DNA from: an uncultured Maribacter sp.
Lineage (GTDB): Bacteria; Bacteroidota; Bacteroidia; Flavobacteriales; Flavobacteriaceae
Direction: 5' to 3'
Assembly: GCA_947498505.1 (NCBI GenBank)
Contig: CANMKG010000012.1
Span: 18,924-82,923 of the forward strand
DNA: 64,000 nt
Of this stretch, positions 47,319-55,633 are shown piece after piece. A program made the position numbers and the translations under genes. Under the pieces are notes generated by a model. That model was not told the DNA's origin, did not search any database, and was given only the letters and a program-made list of their open reading frames with translations. The stretch's first letter is position 1. Every line of letters begins with the position of its first letter.

Positions 47319-48758
47319 TTATTTTTTGTTTAAAAACCCCTTGGCTTTTACCTTTATTAAGTCTAATTCTTTAATTTTAAATAGTTTAATTAAAAAGTAA
47401 TAGATGCTCCCAGCCACTATTGGAGCAACCAATAATTTAATCAAATCGTTATCTAAGTAAAAAGTTATTATAAAAACACTAATCACCATTATTATACTTG
47501 AAATTATTATGGTTGATAAATCCTTTAATTGATTTAAAGGACCATATTTCATTATTTTTCCTGGATAGTAAGTGTTTATAAAGAAATGAACAGCTGTTGA
47601 GGCTAGTTCAGCTAGAGCTATAAATACTATACCATAGTTTAAAGCAACAATGAAAAAAACAACTCGCACAATTATTTTCAGATATTGTTGTCTTAATGCT
47701 AAATCTGTTCTTCCGATTGTGTATAACAAATTCACGTTTATGCCAGAAATAATTGTTATCAATCTTGCAACACAAAAAATTTGCAATATTGGAACAGCAA
47801 GAATCCATTTGTCTGTCAGCAAGTAAACAACTATTGGTTTAGACATGACGGCAATAAATAGGAAAAGAGGAATTACAAATAATGCTGTAGCTCTAATTAT
47901 GGTTCGAGTATGTTTAATTAAAATATCATGTTGATTTTGTACGCTCGATAAACCAGGTAATAAAACGCGATCAAAAATTGCATTTACAGTTGAGAAAATT
48001 ACATCTGAAAACTGTGTTCCTCTTGTGTAGTAACCCAAATCTTTTGCGCTAATAAATTTAGCAATAAATAATGAGTAAAAATTATTTACAATGACGTTAA
48101 GAAGGGAAGAAGCTAAAAGTTTAGAGCCAAAGGAAAACAAACTTTTAATTGAGGATTTAGAGAAAAGCCATTTTGGTTTCCACCTTAAAAAAAACCACAT
48201 AAATATTAATGTAGAAAACGATTTAATAATAGTTTGAAATACCAATGACCAGACACCATAGCCAGAATATGCTAAATATATAGCAACTCCACCAGACAAT
48301 AGCGTAGCTATTAAATTTATTTTCGTTAATGTTTTAAAATCTAATTCGATTGTGTATAATGTTGCAGGAACTGTAAAAAGAGCATTGGAAATAAGTGATA
48401 AGGCTAATACTCTAAGTAATATTGAAAGACTTTCTATTTCATAAAATTGAGCAACAAATGGAGCAAGTATCCAAATGATAATATAGCAGACAATACTTAT
48501 GATTATATTAAAAAAAAATACAGTTGAAATATCGTTTTCTGTTCTGTCCTGTTTCTGAATTAAGGCTTTGGTAAACCCACTGTCAATGAAAACTTGTGAA
48601 ACGACAATGAAAACTAGCAAAATACCAATAATTCCATATTCTTTTGGAGTTAAAATTCTTGCAAGTATTATGCCTAATACAAATTGAATAGCTTGTATAG
48701 AGATACGTTCGATGGCACTCCAAGCCATACCATTAAACATTTTATTTCCGAGTGACAT
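47319..48758 (-). CDS. wzx: Polysaccharide repeat-unit flippase (Wzx, MOP superfamily)
   Basis: It has about 12-14 TM helices. The N-terminus MSLGNKMFNGMAWSAIERISIQAIQFVLGIILARILTPKEYG is the typical Wzx/PST start, so I chose the ATG at 48758 rather than the track start at 48842. Confidence 0.8.
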   Translation of the reverse strand: MSLGNKMFNGMAWSAIERISIQAIQFVLGIILARILTPKEYGIIGILLVFIVVSQVFIDSGFTKALIQKQDRTENDISTVFFFNIIISIVCYIIIWILAPFVAQFYEIESLSILLRVLALSLISNALFTVPATLYTIELDFKTLTKINLIATLLSGGVAIYLAYSGYGVWSLVFQTIIKSFSTLIFMWFFLRWKPKWLFSKSSIKSLFSFGSKLLASSLLNVIVNNFYSLFIAKFISAKDLGYYTRGTQFSDVIFSTVNAIFDRVLLPGLSSVQNQHDILIKHTRTIIRATALFVIPLFLFIAVMSKPIVVYLLTDKWILAVPILQIFCVARLITIISGINVNLLYTIGRTDLALRQQYLKIIVRVVFFIVALNYGIVFIALAELASTAVHFFINTYYPGKIMKYGPLNQLKDLSTIIISSIIMVISVFIITFYLDNDLIKLLVAPIVAGSIYYFLIKLFKIKELDLIKVKAKGFLNKK

Positions 48759-48898
48759 TAAGGAATTTGTGTTACACTTAATTTTAAGGTTCAAATATCT
48801 TGAATAAAAACTAAATACACACTTAATTAGTTTAAAATACACTTAATCACGACTAACAAACGTGTTAACTCCTATTTTTAATATGCAAAAAATAAAAA

Positions 48899-51739
48899 TT
48901 AATTTGGTGGAGAGAAATTAACATTGCTCCAACTGCAATTTTCAAAAGAAACATCAAAACTACTATATGGTTCATATATTCCTCCAGTTTCAACATATAG
49001 TTTATTTCCATTGCTAAACGAGCACGTTTTAAAAAGAATATCTTCGGTTGGTGTATAGGTAACCGCTACAGTATTGAAATTTGAGAAGTTACAGTTAACA
49101 AAAGTGTTTCTTCTTGCCCATGCATTAAATTGTTCTCCATCACCCACACGCAAAACACTATTGGTGTCATTGATATTTACGCCGTCAAAAACATTATCGT
49201 ATCCGCAACTAACTTCATCTCTATCTCCTCCAGGTCCAACGTATCCATCATCGTTATCTAGCCAAGTGATAGCAGTCCATGTATTTTGAATGGTCATGTT
49301 TTTAATAATATTATTATTTGCACCATTAAAAATTGCCAACCTTGACTCCCATTGACCACTATTATTGCCATTTCCATAAATAAAACAACCTTCAATCGTG
49401 TTGTGTTTAACCCCTCCAAAATTAAGCTCAAAACTCGTCCTGTTTGCAGTACAGTTGTAGAATAGGTTATTTTCTGCTAAATCCTTCATAGTGAAACCAT
49501 GTCCACCATGTCCTAATTCTGGGTTTCTGTCAGCATAGCTGTTTTTTACAACCGAATGTTGGGTTCCACCTGTTATTAGAAAATAGTAATCTGTAGGGTT
49601 TGTTGTATTGTCTGAGTATACTTCACAATTGTTTACAACGGAGTAATCTGAGTCGAATAGTTTGATAGCTTCTGCATTAGCATTCAAAATAAAACAATTT
49701 TCAATTTTTGAGTTGTTTCCTCTTATTTCGATAGCAAAACCATCATACAGAGTTGAATTTGTTTGACTCCCGCTATTAGTGACAATAATGTTTTTCAATG
49801 TTGTGTTAGTAGCAGCGGATATAGAGTTAATACCTTTTGTATATCCTGTTATTTGGAAGTTTTCAATATGTATGTACTTATGATAAAGAGTAATTGCGTT
49901 ACCTGATGATGATGAGCTTAAAAGAGGCATCTTATTCGAATTTAGCGATTCTCCATAACTGAATGTTGAACCTTGGGAACTTGTAACATCACCTGGTATA
50001 CTAGAATATCCTATGAATTTAATTGGTTGAGAGCTTGTGCCATGGTTTCCAGAGATGATTTGCTGGTATCCGTAATTTCCTGATTTAACATATACAATGT
50101 CACCTGGTCTTGCTGTTTTAAAAGCATGTTCTAAACTCCATGAATTATTTTCAGATAGACCATCATTGAAAGAGTTGCCATTGGAAGTTACATAGTATCC
50201 GGGTAATGTATTTACATTTGGAGGGTTTATGGTTATGTTAATTGTAGATGTGTGGTTGAGGCCTTCATCATCATACACAGTTAACTGTACGTTATAATTT
50301 CCAGGATTAACAAAAGTATGTGATGGATTTTTGTTATCGGTGGTTGATCCATCATTAAAATCCCAAAAATAACGGGTAATTCCTTTGTCATCTGTAGAAT
50401 TGTTGCTTAAAAATTGTATTTCAGAAGGAGCTTCTCCACTTGTTGAAGAAGCCGTAATTGTTGAAACAGGGGCATTATTTGTCGAGCCTTCTACCGTTAT
50501 AACTACTGTTTTTTTATTTTCCAGCCCATGTTCATCTTTTACAGTCAATTCTACCTCATAAGAACCTTCATTAGAAAAAGAATGCGAGGGATTAGCTGTA
50601 TTGGCTGTACTTCCATCCTTAAAATCCCAAAAGTAGCTTACAATGGACGAGTCATCTGAAGATTTGTCGCCTATAAATTGCACCTCCAGAGGAAAATTTC
50701 CTGTTAGGGGTGAGGCGCTTAGGTTTGCAATTGGAGCTAAGTTATCTTCCTCTTTTGCTGTTATGATAACAAGGTCGGAATCCGTCACCCCGTTTATATC
50801 CGTAATGGTTAAAACTACTTCATAAACTCCAACATTATTAAAAACATGAGTAGGATTAGCAATACTGTCAATTATTGTATCGTTAAAGTCCCAAATGTAA
50901 CTTACGATACTATCAGAACTTGTTGAATTACTGCCTGTAAAAGAAACTTCAAGAGGAGCTTTGCCGCTAGTTAATGTTGCGTCAGCTATAGCAATTAGTT
51001 CATTTATTTCCTCACCAGTACCATCGATGTTATCTTCTTCTTCAGGAATAATTATTTCTGTATCCTTAGGAGCATCATATGTCACAATCAGTTTTGGGCC
51101 AATTTTAGAAGAATGTTCTTTAGAAGCAAAGGCTAAGTCATTTGCTCCTTCATGATTTAATACAAGGGATATTTTTTCTGAACTTATTTTTGTTATATCT
51201 AGATTAACCTCTTCTTTTGTACCTACCTTATATTCTTTTGATACGGAACCTAATTCCTCGTCTGTTTCAGGAATATTGTTGTTGGATATTTCATTTTCGG
51301 TCCAATTTGAGTCCTTTCCTTTGTAAATAGTTATTTTACCATTTCCATCATCTTTGTTAATCGTAAATTCTAGTTTAGCTTCTTTTATTATGCCTCCAAT
51401 GCTATCAATGGGGCTTAAATCAAACATTAAATAACTTGTTCTTTGGTTTTCTTCTAAACGAACAATATTTTGATTATAGATTAAACCGTTTTGAACATAA
51501 GCATCTTGTATAGTTCTAAAAGACGAGGTTCTTTGCTCAAGGCTATCAATAGGGTTCAGAATAGGTGAGGAGGGCTTAGTTGCTTCTGAGGTTTCAACTT
51601 TTTTAGGTTTTTCTTCTGATTCTTTGAGAACCGAATCTAGTAGTAAGTCTGAGTCTTTGCTACAAGATATTAGAACAGAAATAAAAACAAAACAAATAAA
51701 AAAAAACAGCAAGTAGATTTGTGTGGGACGAAATCTCAT
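48899..51739 (-). CDS. Lipoprotein: N-terminal DNRLRE/CBM96-like domain, three PKD domains, C-terminal right-handed parallel beta-helix domain (candidate polysaccharide lyase, hydrolase or C5-epimerase)
   Basis: 946 aa with lipobox LISC (Cys26) followed by SKDSD. The N-terminal domain contains DAYV...RTSYLMFDLSPID...AKLEF. Three WDF(N/K)DG PKD units span aa ~248-505. The C-terminal ~430 aa carry recurrent beta-helix turns (IENCF, VNNCEV, FYNCTA, IEGCFI, VNCNF). It is a paralogue of 51919..53961. Confidence 0.7.
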   Translation of the reverse strand: MRFRPTQIYLLFFFICFVFISVLISCSKDSDLLLDSVLKESEEKPKKVETSEATKPSSPILNPIDSLEQRTSSFRTIQDAYVQNGLIYNQNIVRLEENQRTSYLMFDLSPIDSIGGIIKEAKLEFTINKDDGNGKITIYKGKDSNWTENEISNNNIPETDEELGSVSKEYKVGTKEEVNLDITKISSEKISLVLNHEGANDLAFASKEHSSKIGPKLIVTYDAPKDTEIIIPEEEDNIDGTGEEINELIAIADATLTSGKAPLEVSFTGSNSTSSDSIVSYIWDFNDTIIDSIANPTHVFNNVGVYEVVLTITDINGVTDSDLVIITAKEEDNLAPIANLSASPLTGNFPLEVQFIGDKSSDDSSIVSYFWDFKDGSTANTANPSHSFSNEGSYEVELTVKDEHGLENKKTVVITVEGSTNNAPVSTITASSTSGEAPSEIQFLSNNSTDDKGITRYFWDFNDGSTTDNKNPSHTFVNPGNYNVQLTVYDDEGLNHTSTINITINPPNVNTLPGYYVTSNGNSFNDGLSENNSWSLEHAFKTARPGDIVYVKSGNYGYQQIISGNHGTSSQPIKFIGYSSIPGDVTSSQGSTFSYGESLNSNKMPLLSSSSSGNAITLYHKYIHIENFQITGYTKGINSISAATNTTLKNIIVTNSGSQTNSTLYDGFAIEIRGNNSKIENCFILNANAEAIKLFDSDYSVVNNCEVYSDNTTNPTDYYFLITGGTQHSVVKNSYADRNPELGHGGHGFTMKDLAENNLFYNCTANRTSFELNFGGVKHNTIEGCFIYGNGNNSGQWESRLAIFNGANNNIIKNMTIQNTWTAITWLDNDDGYVGPGGDRDEVSCGYDNVFDGVNINDTNSVLRVGDGEQFNAWARRNTFVNCNFSNFNTVAVTYTPTEDILFKTCSFSNGNKLYVETGGIYEPYSSFDVSFENCSWSNVNFSPPN

Positions 51740-51818
51740 GAACCTTCAAAATTTTAGAACTCCAAATAATATTCTGCAATTATAATGATTCTATGAAATT
51801 TTGGATGATATAACTTTT

Positions 51819-51850
51819 TTTTTCGATGAAATGCACTTTATTGACACAAT
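51819..51850. promoter_or_regulatory. Recurring intergenic motif, copy A (TTTTTCGATGAAATGCACTTTATTGACACAAT)
   Basis: It matches copy B1 (54051-54082) at 25 of 32 positions, including an exact 13-mer TTTTTCGATGAAA. It shares the exact strings TCGATGAAATGCA and ACACAAT with copy B2. Confidence 0.5.
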
Positions 51851-51859
51851 AAAGTGCAT
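51831..51859. repeat. Perfect 13-bp inverted repeat with a 3-nt spacer (ATGCACTTTATTG-ACA-CAATAAAGTGCAT)
   Basis: Read directly from the sequence. It lies in the 179-bp gap between the two beta-helix paralogues, 92 nt upstream of the start at 51739. Confidence 0.9.
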
Positions 51860-51918
51860 CGAAGCTTTTTGTTTAACGAAGCAATTTAGTTCGTTAATTA
51901 ATATTTATTGTTAAAAAT

Positions 51919-53961
51919 TTAATTGCTTTCAGATGGTGGTTGAAAATTGTTATTGCTCCATGTACAATTTTTAAAGGCAACATCAAATTTACTATAAGGC
52001 TTGTATTTGCCATCAGCTTCAACATAGGCTATATTTCCATTTGAAAAAGAAGAGTTTTCAAAAACAATATCTTCAGTTGGAGTATAAGTAACTGCAATGG
52101 TATTAAAATCAGAAATTTCGCAATTTTTAAAAGTGTTTCTTCTTGCCCAAGAGTAAAACTGTTCTCTTTCTCCAACCCTAAGAGCACTATTTGTTTTTGT
52201 GATTTTTAATCCGTCGAAAGTATTGTCATATCCACAACTCAATTCATCTCTATCTCCACCAGGACCAACATATCCATCTTCATAATCTATCCAAACAATG
52301 GCTGTCCAGGTGTTTTCAATTGTCATGTTTTTAATTAGGTTGTTATTGGCTCCGTTAAAAATACCTAATCTTGATTCCCATTGCCCTGTTTGCGTTCCAT
52401 TTCCGTAAATAAAACAATTTTCGAAAACATTGTTTTTTACTCCTGAGAAGTTCAACTCAAAACTTGTTTTTCTTGCAGTACAGTTAATGAACAAATTGTT
52501 TTCACCTAAATCTTTAATTGTAAATCCATGTCCTCCATGGCTAAGTGAAGCTTCTCTTTCAGCGTATGAATTTTCAATAACGCTGTTGTTTGTCCCTCCA
52601 GTTAGTAAAAAGTAATAGTCAGTAGGGTTATTCGGGTTATTAGCATAAACCGAACAGTTGTTAACTCTTGAGTTATCAGAATTAAAAAGTTTGATAGCTT
52701 CGGCTGTAGCATTTAACACAAAACAATTCTCTATTAAGGCATTTTCACTACCATTAAGAGCAATTCCCCATCCATCATAGGCATTGTATTCATTTTGATT
52801 TCCAAGATTAATAGCGACAATATTTTTTAGTACTAGGTTGTTCCCAGTTGATTCAATTCCTTTACTGTAACCAGTAATCTGAAAATTTTCAAGGTGTATA
52901 TGGTTCTCAAATGTTTTGATACTAGTGGAATTTGAATAATTATTGGATTTTAATAAAGGCATAAAATCAGAATTTAAATTGTCTCCAATTTTAAATGTTG
53001 AGCCATTTTCACTTGAGATATCACCTGGAGTATTTTGATATCCAATAAATTTTATTGGATTGTTTAAGGAGCCTGAATTGTCAACAGTTAGCTCCACGGC
53101 GCCATAGTCTCCTGCTTTTATATATACTATGTCCCCTGCCTTTGCTGTTTCAAAAGCGTATTGTATATTCCACGCAGTTGCCTCTGTTAAACCATCGTTA
53201 TTTGCACTTCCGTTTGTTGTTACAAAATAACCATCAGTATCTGTAGGGGTAGGCGTTGGTTCTGGTTCGGGTGTTGGTTCTGGTTCAGGTGTTGGTTCTG
53301 GTTCAGGAATTTCTAGTTCAGGAGAGTCTTTATCAGCTAAGTAAGAAACTATAAGCTTTGCTCCTTTATTGTTTGAATTTTCTTTTGAAGCAAATGCTAA
53401 GTCATCACTTCCATTATGGGTAAGTACTAAACTTGTTTTTTCATTGTTTAACTCGGCAGCTTCAAGTGCTAGTTGGTTAGCAAGCCCAACTTTATAATCT
53501 TTGCTAATGGACCCTAGCAGCGTTTCTTTTTCAGGAGAGTTATTGTCGGTTAGATTTTCTTCAGACCAATCATTGGAAGAACCTTTATGCACACTGATGG
53601 TTCCAGAGCCTTCGTCGCTGTCAACGTTGAATTCTAAGACAGCACTTGTAATTTCTCCATCAATAGGACTTAGATCAAACATTAAATAACTTGTTCTAAA
53701 CCCTTCTTGTAGTCTTACAATATTTTTATTGTGCCCGTCTGAATCTTGAATATAGGCATCATTAATCGGAGAAAAGGAAAAGGAACGTTCTACTAGGTTG
53801 ACGTTACTTTTTTCTTCGTTACTTTTTTCTTCAATTGACGTTTCGGAATTTTTAAGAGCAGAATCTAAGAAAATATCTGAGTCTTTACTACATGAGATAA
53901 GGCTAAATAGGGCAATAAAAAATACGGTCAACATGTAGGTTTTAGTCGTTGTTCTTTTCAT
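51919..53961 (-). CDS. Lipoprotein: N-terminal DNRLRE/CBM96-like domain, (PEPEPT)n linker, C-terminal right-handed parallel beta-helix domain; paralogue of 48899..51739
   Basis: 680 aa with lipobox LISC (Cys24) followed by SKDSD. It shares identical strings with its neighbour: RTSYLMFDLSPID, NPTDYYFL, GHGGHGFT, GQWESRL, IFNGANNN, DGYVGPGGDRDE, WARRNTF and AVTYTPTEDI. Confidence 0.7.
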   Translation of the reverse strand: MKRTTTKTYMLTVFFIALFSLISCSKDSDIFLDSALKNSETSIEEKSNEEKSNVNLVERSFSFSPINDAYIQDSDGHNKNIVRLQEGFRTSYLMFDLSPIDGEITSAVLEFNVDSDEGSGTISVHKGSSNDWSEENLTDNNSPEKETLLGSISKDYKVGLANQLALEAAELNNEKTSLVLTHNGSDDLAFASKENSNNKGAKLIVSYLADKDSPELEIPEPEPTPEPEPTPEPEPTPTPTDTDGYFVTTNGSANNDGLTEATAWNIQYAFETAKAGDIVYIKAGDYGAVELTVDNSGSLNNPIKFIGYQNTPGDISSENGSTFKIGDNLNSDFMPLLKSNNYSNSTSIKTFENHIHLENFQITGYSKGIESTGNNLVLKNIVAINLGNQNEYNAYDGWGIALNGSENALIENCFVLNATAEAIKLFNSDNSRVNNCSVYANNPNNPTDYYFLLTGGTNNSVIENSYAEREASLSHGGHGFTIKDLGENNLFINCTARKTSFELNFSGVKNNVFENCFIYGNGTQTGQWESRLGIFNGANNNLIKNMTIENTWTAIVWIDYEDGYVGPGGDRDELSCGYDNTFDGLKITKTNSALRVGEREQFYSWARRNTFKNCEISDFNTIAVTYTPTEDIVFENSSFSNGNIAYVEADGKYKPYSKFDVAFKNCTWSNNNFQPPSESN
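53255..53308. repeat. Three tandem copies of an 18-bp unit (GTTGGTTCTGGTTCRGGT) encoding the PEPEPT linker
   Basis: The three copies are at 53255-53272, 53273-53290 and 53291-53308. They differ at 1-2 positions. The repeat is in-frame (6 codons per unit) on the minus strand. Confidence 0.9.
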
Positions 53962-54050
53962 AAGTAGGTTTTTGGCTAACGGGTAAATTAGCTTTAATTT
54001 GGGATTATAAAAATATTAAAAAAAACAACATTTTAGATAAAAGCACCTGC

Positions 54051-54082
54051 TTTTTCGATGAAAGGTCGTTTATTAATACCAT
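54051..54082. promoter_or_regulatory. Recurring intergenic motif, copy B1 (TTTTTCGATGAAAGGTCGTTTATTAATACCAT)
   Basis: See copy A. It lies 90 nt upstream of the start at 53961, in the same orientation as copy A. Confidence 0.45.
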
Positions 54083-54213
54083 TAGCAATTGGGGTGTCGC
54101 CATATACAATCCTAAATTATTTTAAGTTTAATTTTTTTAAATGTGTTTCTTGTTCTACGCTATAGAATCATATTTGGATTATTTATTTTTTTCTTTTAAC
54201 ACAAATTGGCAAA

Positions 54214-54247
54214 GTAATCGATGAAATGCATTATTTGTTAACACAAT
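54214..54247. promoter_or_regulatory. Recurring intergenic motif, copy B2 (GTAATCGATGAAATGCATTATTTGTTAACACAAT)
   Basis: It shares the exact 13-mer TCGATGAAATGCA and the string ACACAAT with copy A. The palindrome seen in copy A is degenerate here. Confidence 0.45.
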
Positions 54248-54327
54248 TGCACAGTTTTATACAGTTGTAAAAGTATAAGCGAAATTTATTGACAACAGTG
54301 CTTTGCGAAATGATAAAGTCCGGAAAG

Positions 54328-55608
54328 TTATAGGCTGCCGTTTGAAGTTCCTTTTTTTAGAACTCCTTTTACATCGTATATAATGCCTTTTTTATTTAAT
54401 AGCGTTTTTAATTTTAACCCAGAAAACTTTTCGTGAGGTACAGCGAGGATTATAGCATCAAATGTATTATTCGGAAGTTTTGAAGTGATTTCTAAATTGT
54501 GTTCTTTTTTTACGTCTATCGGATTTGCCAAAGGGTCGCATATAGTTATTTTGGTTCCATAACCATTTAAATTTTCAATAATATCAACAACTTTAGTATT
54601 TCTAACATCTGGGCAATTTTCTTTAAAAGTTATTCCTAAAATTAAAATGTTAGATCCTTTTATTTTTAATTCGTTTTGGACCATTAATTTTATTATTTCA
54701 GTGGAAACGTATTTACCCATGCTGTCATTTATTCTTCTTCCTGCAAGAATAATTTCAGGGTGATATCCATATTCTTGAGCTTTTTGAGCTAAATAATAAG
54801 GGTCTACACCTATACAATGGCCTCCTACTAAACCTGGTTTAAACGGAAGAAAGTTCCATTTTGTTCCAGCGGCTTCTAATACCTGATTGGTATCTATATT
54901 GAGTAGGTTGAAAATTTTAGAAAGTTCATTTACAAAAGCAATGTTAATATCTCTTTGTGAATTTTCTATTACTTTGGCGGCTTCTGCTACTTTAATTGAA
55001 GGAGCCAAGTGAGTGCCAGCAGTAATGACTGAGTTATATAATGTATCAACTTTTTTTCCAATTTCTGGTGTTGAACCGGATGTGACTTTAAGAATTTTAT
55101 CAACGGTATGTTCTTTGTCTCCAGGATTTATTCTTTCGGGAGAATAGCCAACGAAAAAATCAATATTGAACTTTAGTTTACTTACTTTTTCAAGGACGGG
55201 GACACATTCTTCTTCGGTTGCTCCAGGGTATACCGTAGACTCGTATATAACAATATCTTCTTTTTTTAACACTTTGCCAACTGTTTCGCTAGCTCTGTAT
55301 AATGGTTTTAAATCTGGCTTATTGTGTTTGTCTGTTGGGGTAGGGACTGTAATGATGTAGTAATTACAGTTTTTTAACTCGACGATATCGTTCGAATAAA
55401 ATAAGCCTTTTGATGAAGTGTTTTTTTGTTTTGAAGATTTTTCAAGATTCTGCTTACTAACCTCAAGTGTATTGTCAATATTTTTTTTCAACTGCTGTAT
55501 TCTGTTTTTATTGATATCAAAACCAACAACCGCATATTTAGAGGCAAATAGGTTGGCTAAAGGTAGCCCAACATAACCAAGTCCGATAATTCCAATTTTG
55601 ATATCCAT
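54328..55608 (-). CDS. UDP-N-acetyl-hexosamine 6-dehydrogenase (TviB/WbpO/VipA-type nucleotide-sugar dehydrogenase)
   Basis: 426 aa with N-terminal IGIIGLGYVGLPLA and the catalytic-Cys region GLVGGHCIGVDPYY. Its size and its pairing with a TviC/WbpP-like epimerase fit this type. Confidence 0.82.
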   Translation of the reverse strand: MDIKIGIIGLGYVGLPLANLFASKYAVVGFDINKNRIQQLKKNIDNTLEVSKQNLEKSSKQKNTSSKGLFYSNDIVELKNCNYYIITVPTPTDKHNKPDLKPLYRASETVGKVLKKEDIVIYESTVYPGATEEECVPVLEKVSKLKFNIDFFVGYSPERINPGDKEHTVDKILKVTSGSTPEIGKKVDTLYNSVITAGTHLAPSIKVAEAAKVIENSQRDINIAFVNELSKIFNLLNIDTNQVLEAAGTKWNFLPFKPGLVGGHCIGVDPYYLAQKAQEYGYHPEIILAGRRINDSMGKYVSTEIIKLMVQNELKIKGSNILILGITFKENCPDVRNTKVVDIIENLNGYGTKITICDPLANPIDVKKEHNLEITSKLPNNTFDAIILAVPHEKFSGLKLKTLLNKKGIIYDVKGVLKKGTSNGSL

Positions 55609-55633
55609 AAATATATTTTTAGCTGAAAACGGT

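Noticed and set aside
48759-48842. A 28-codon upstream extension of the wzx ORF.
   Set aside because: The extension (MYFKLIKCVFSFYSRYLNLKIKCNTNSL) is unlike Wzx N-termini. The ATG at 48758 gives the usual MSL...GxxWS...Q start.
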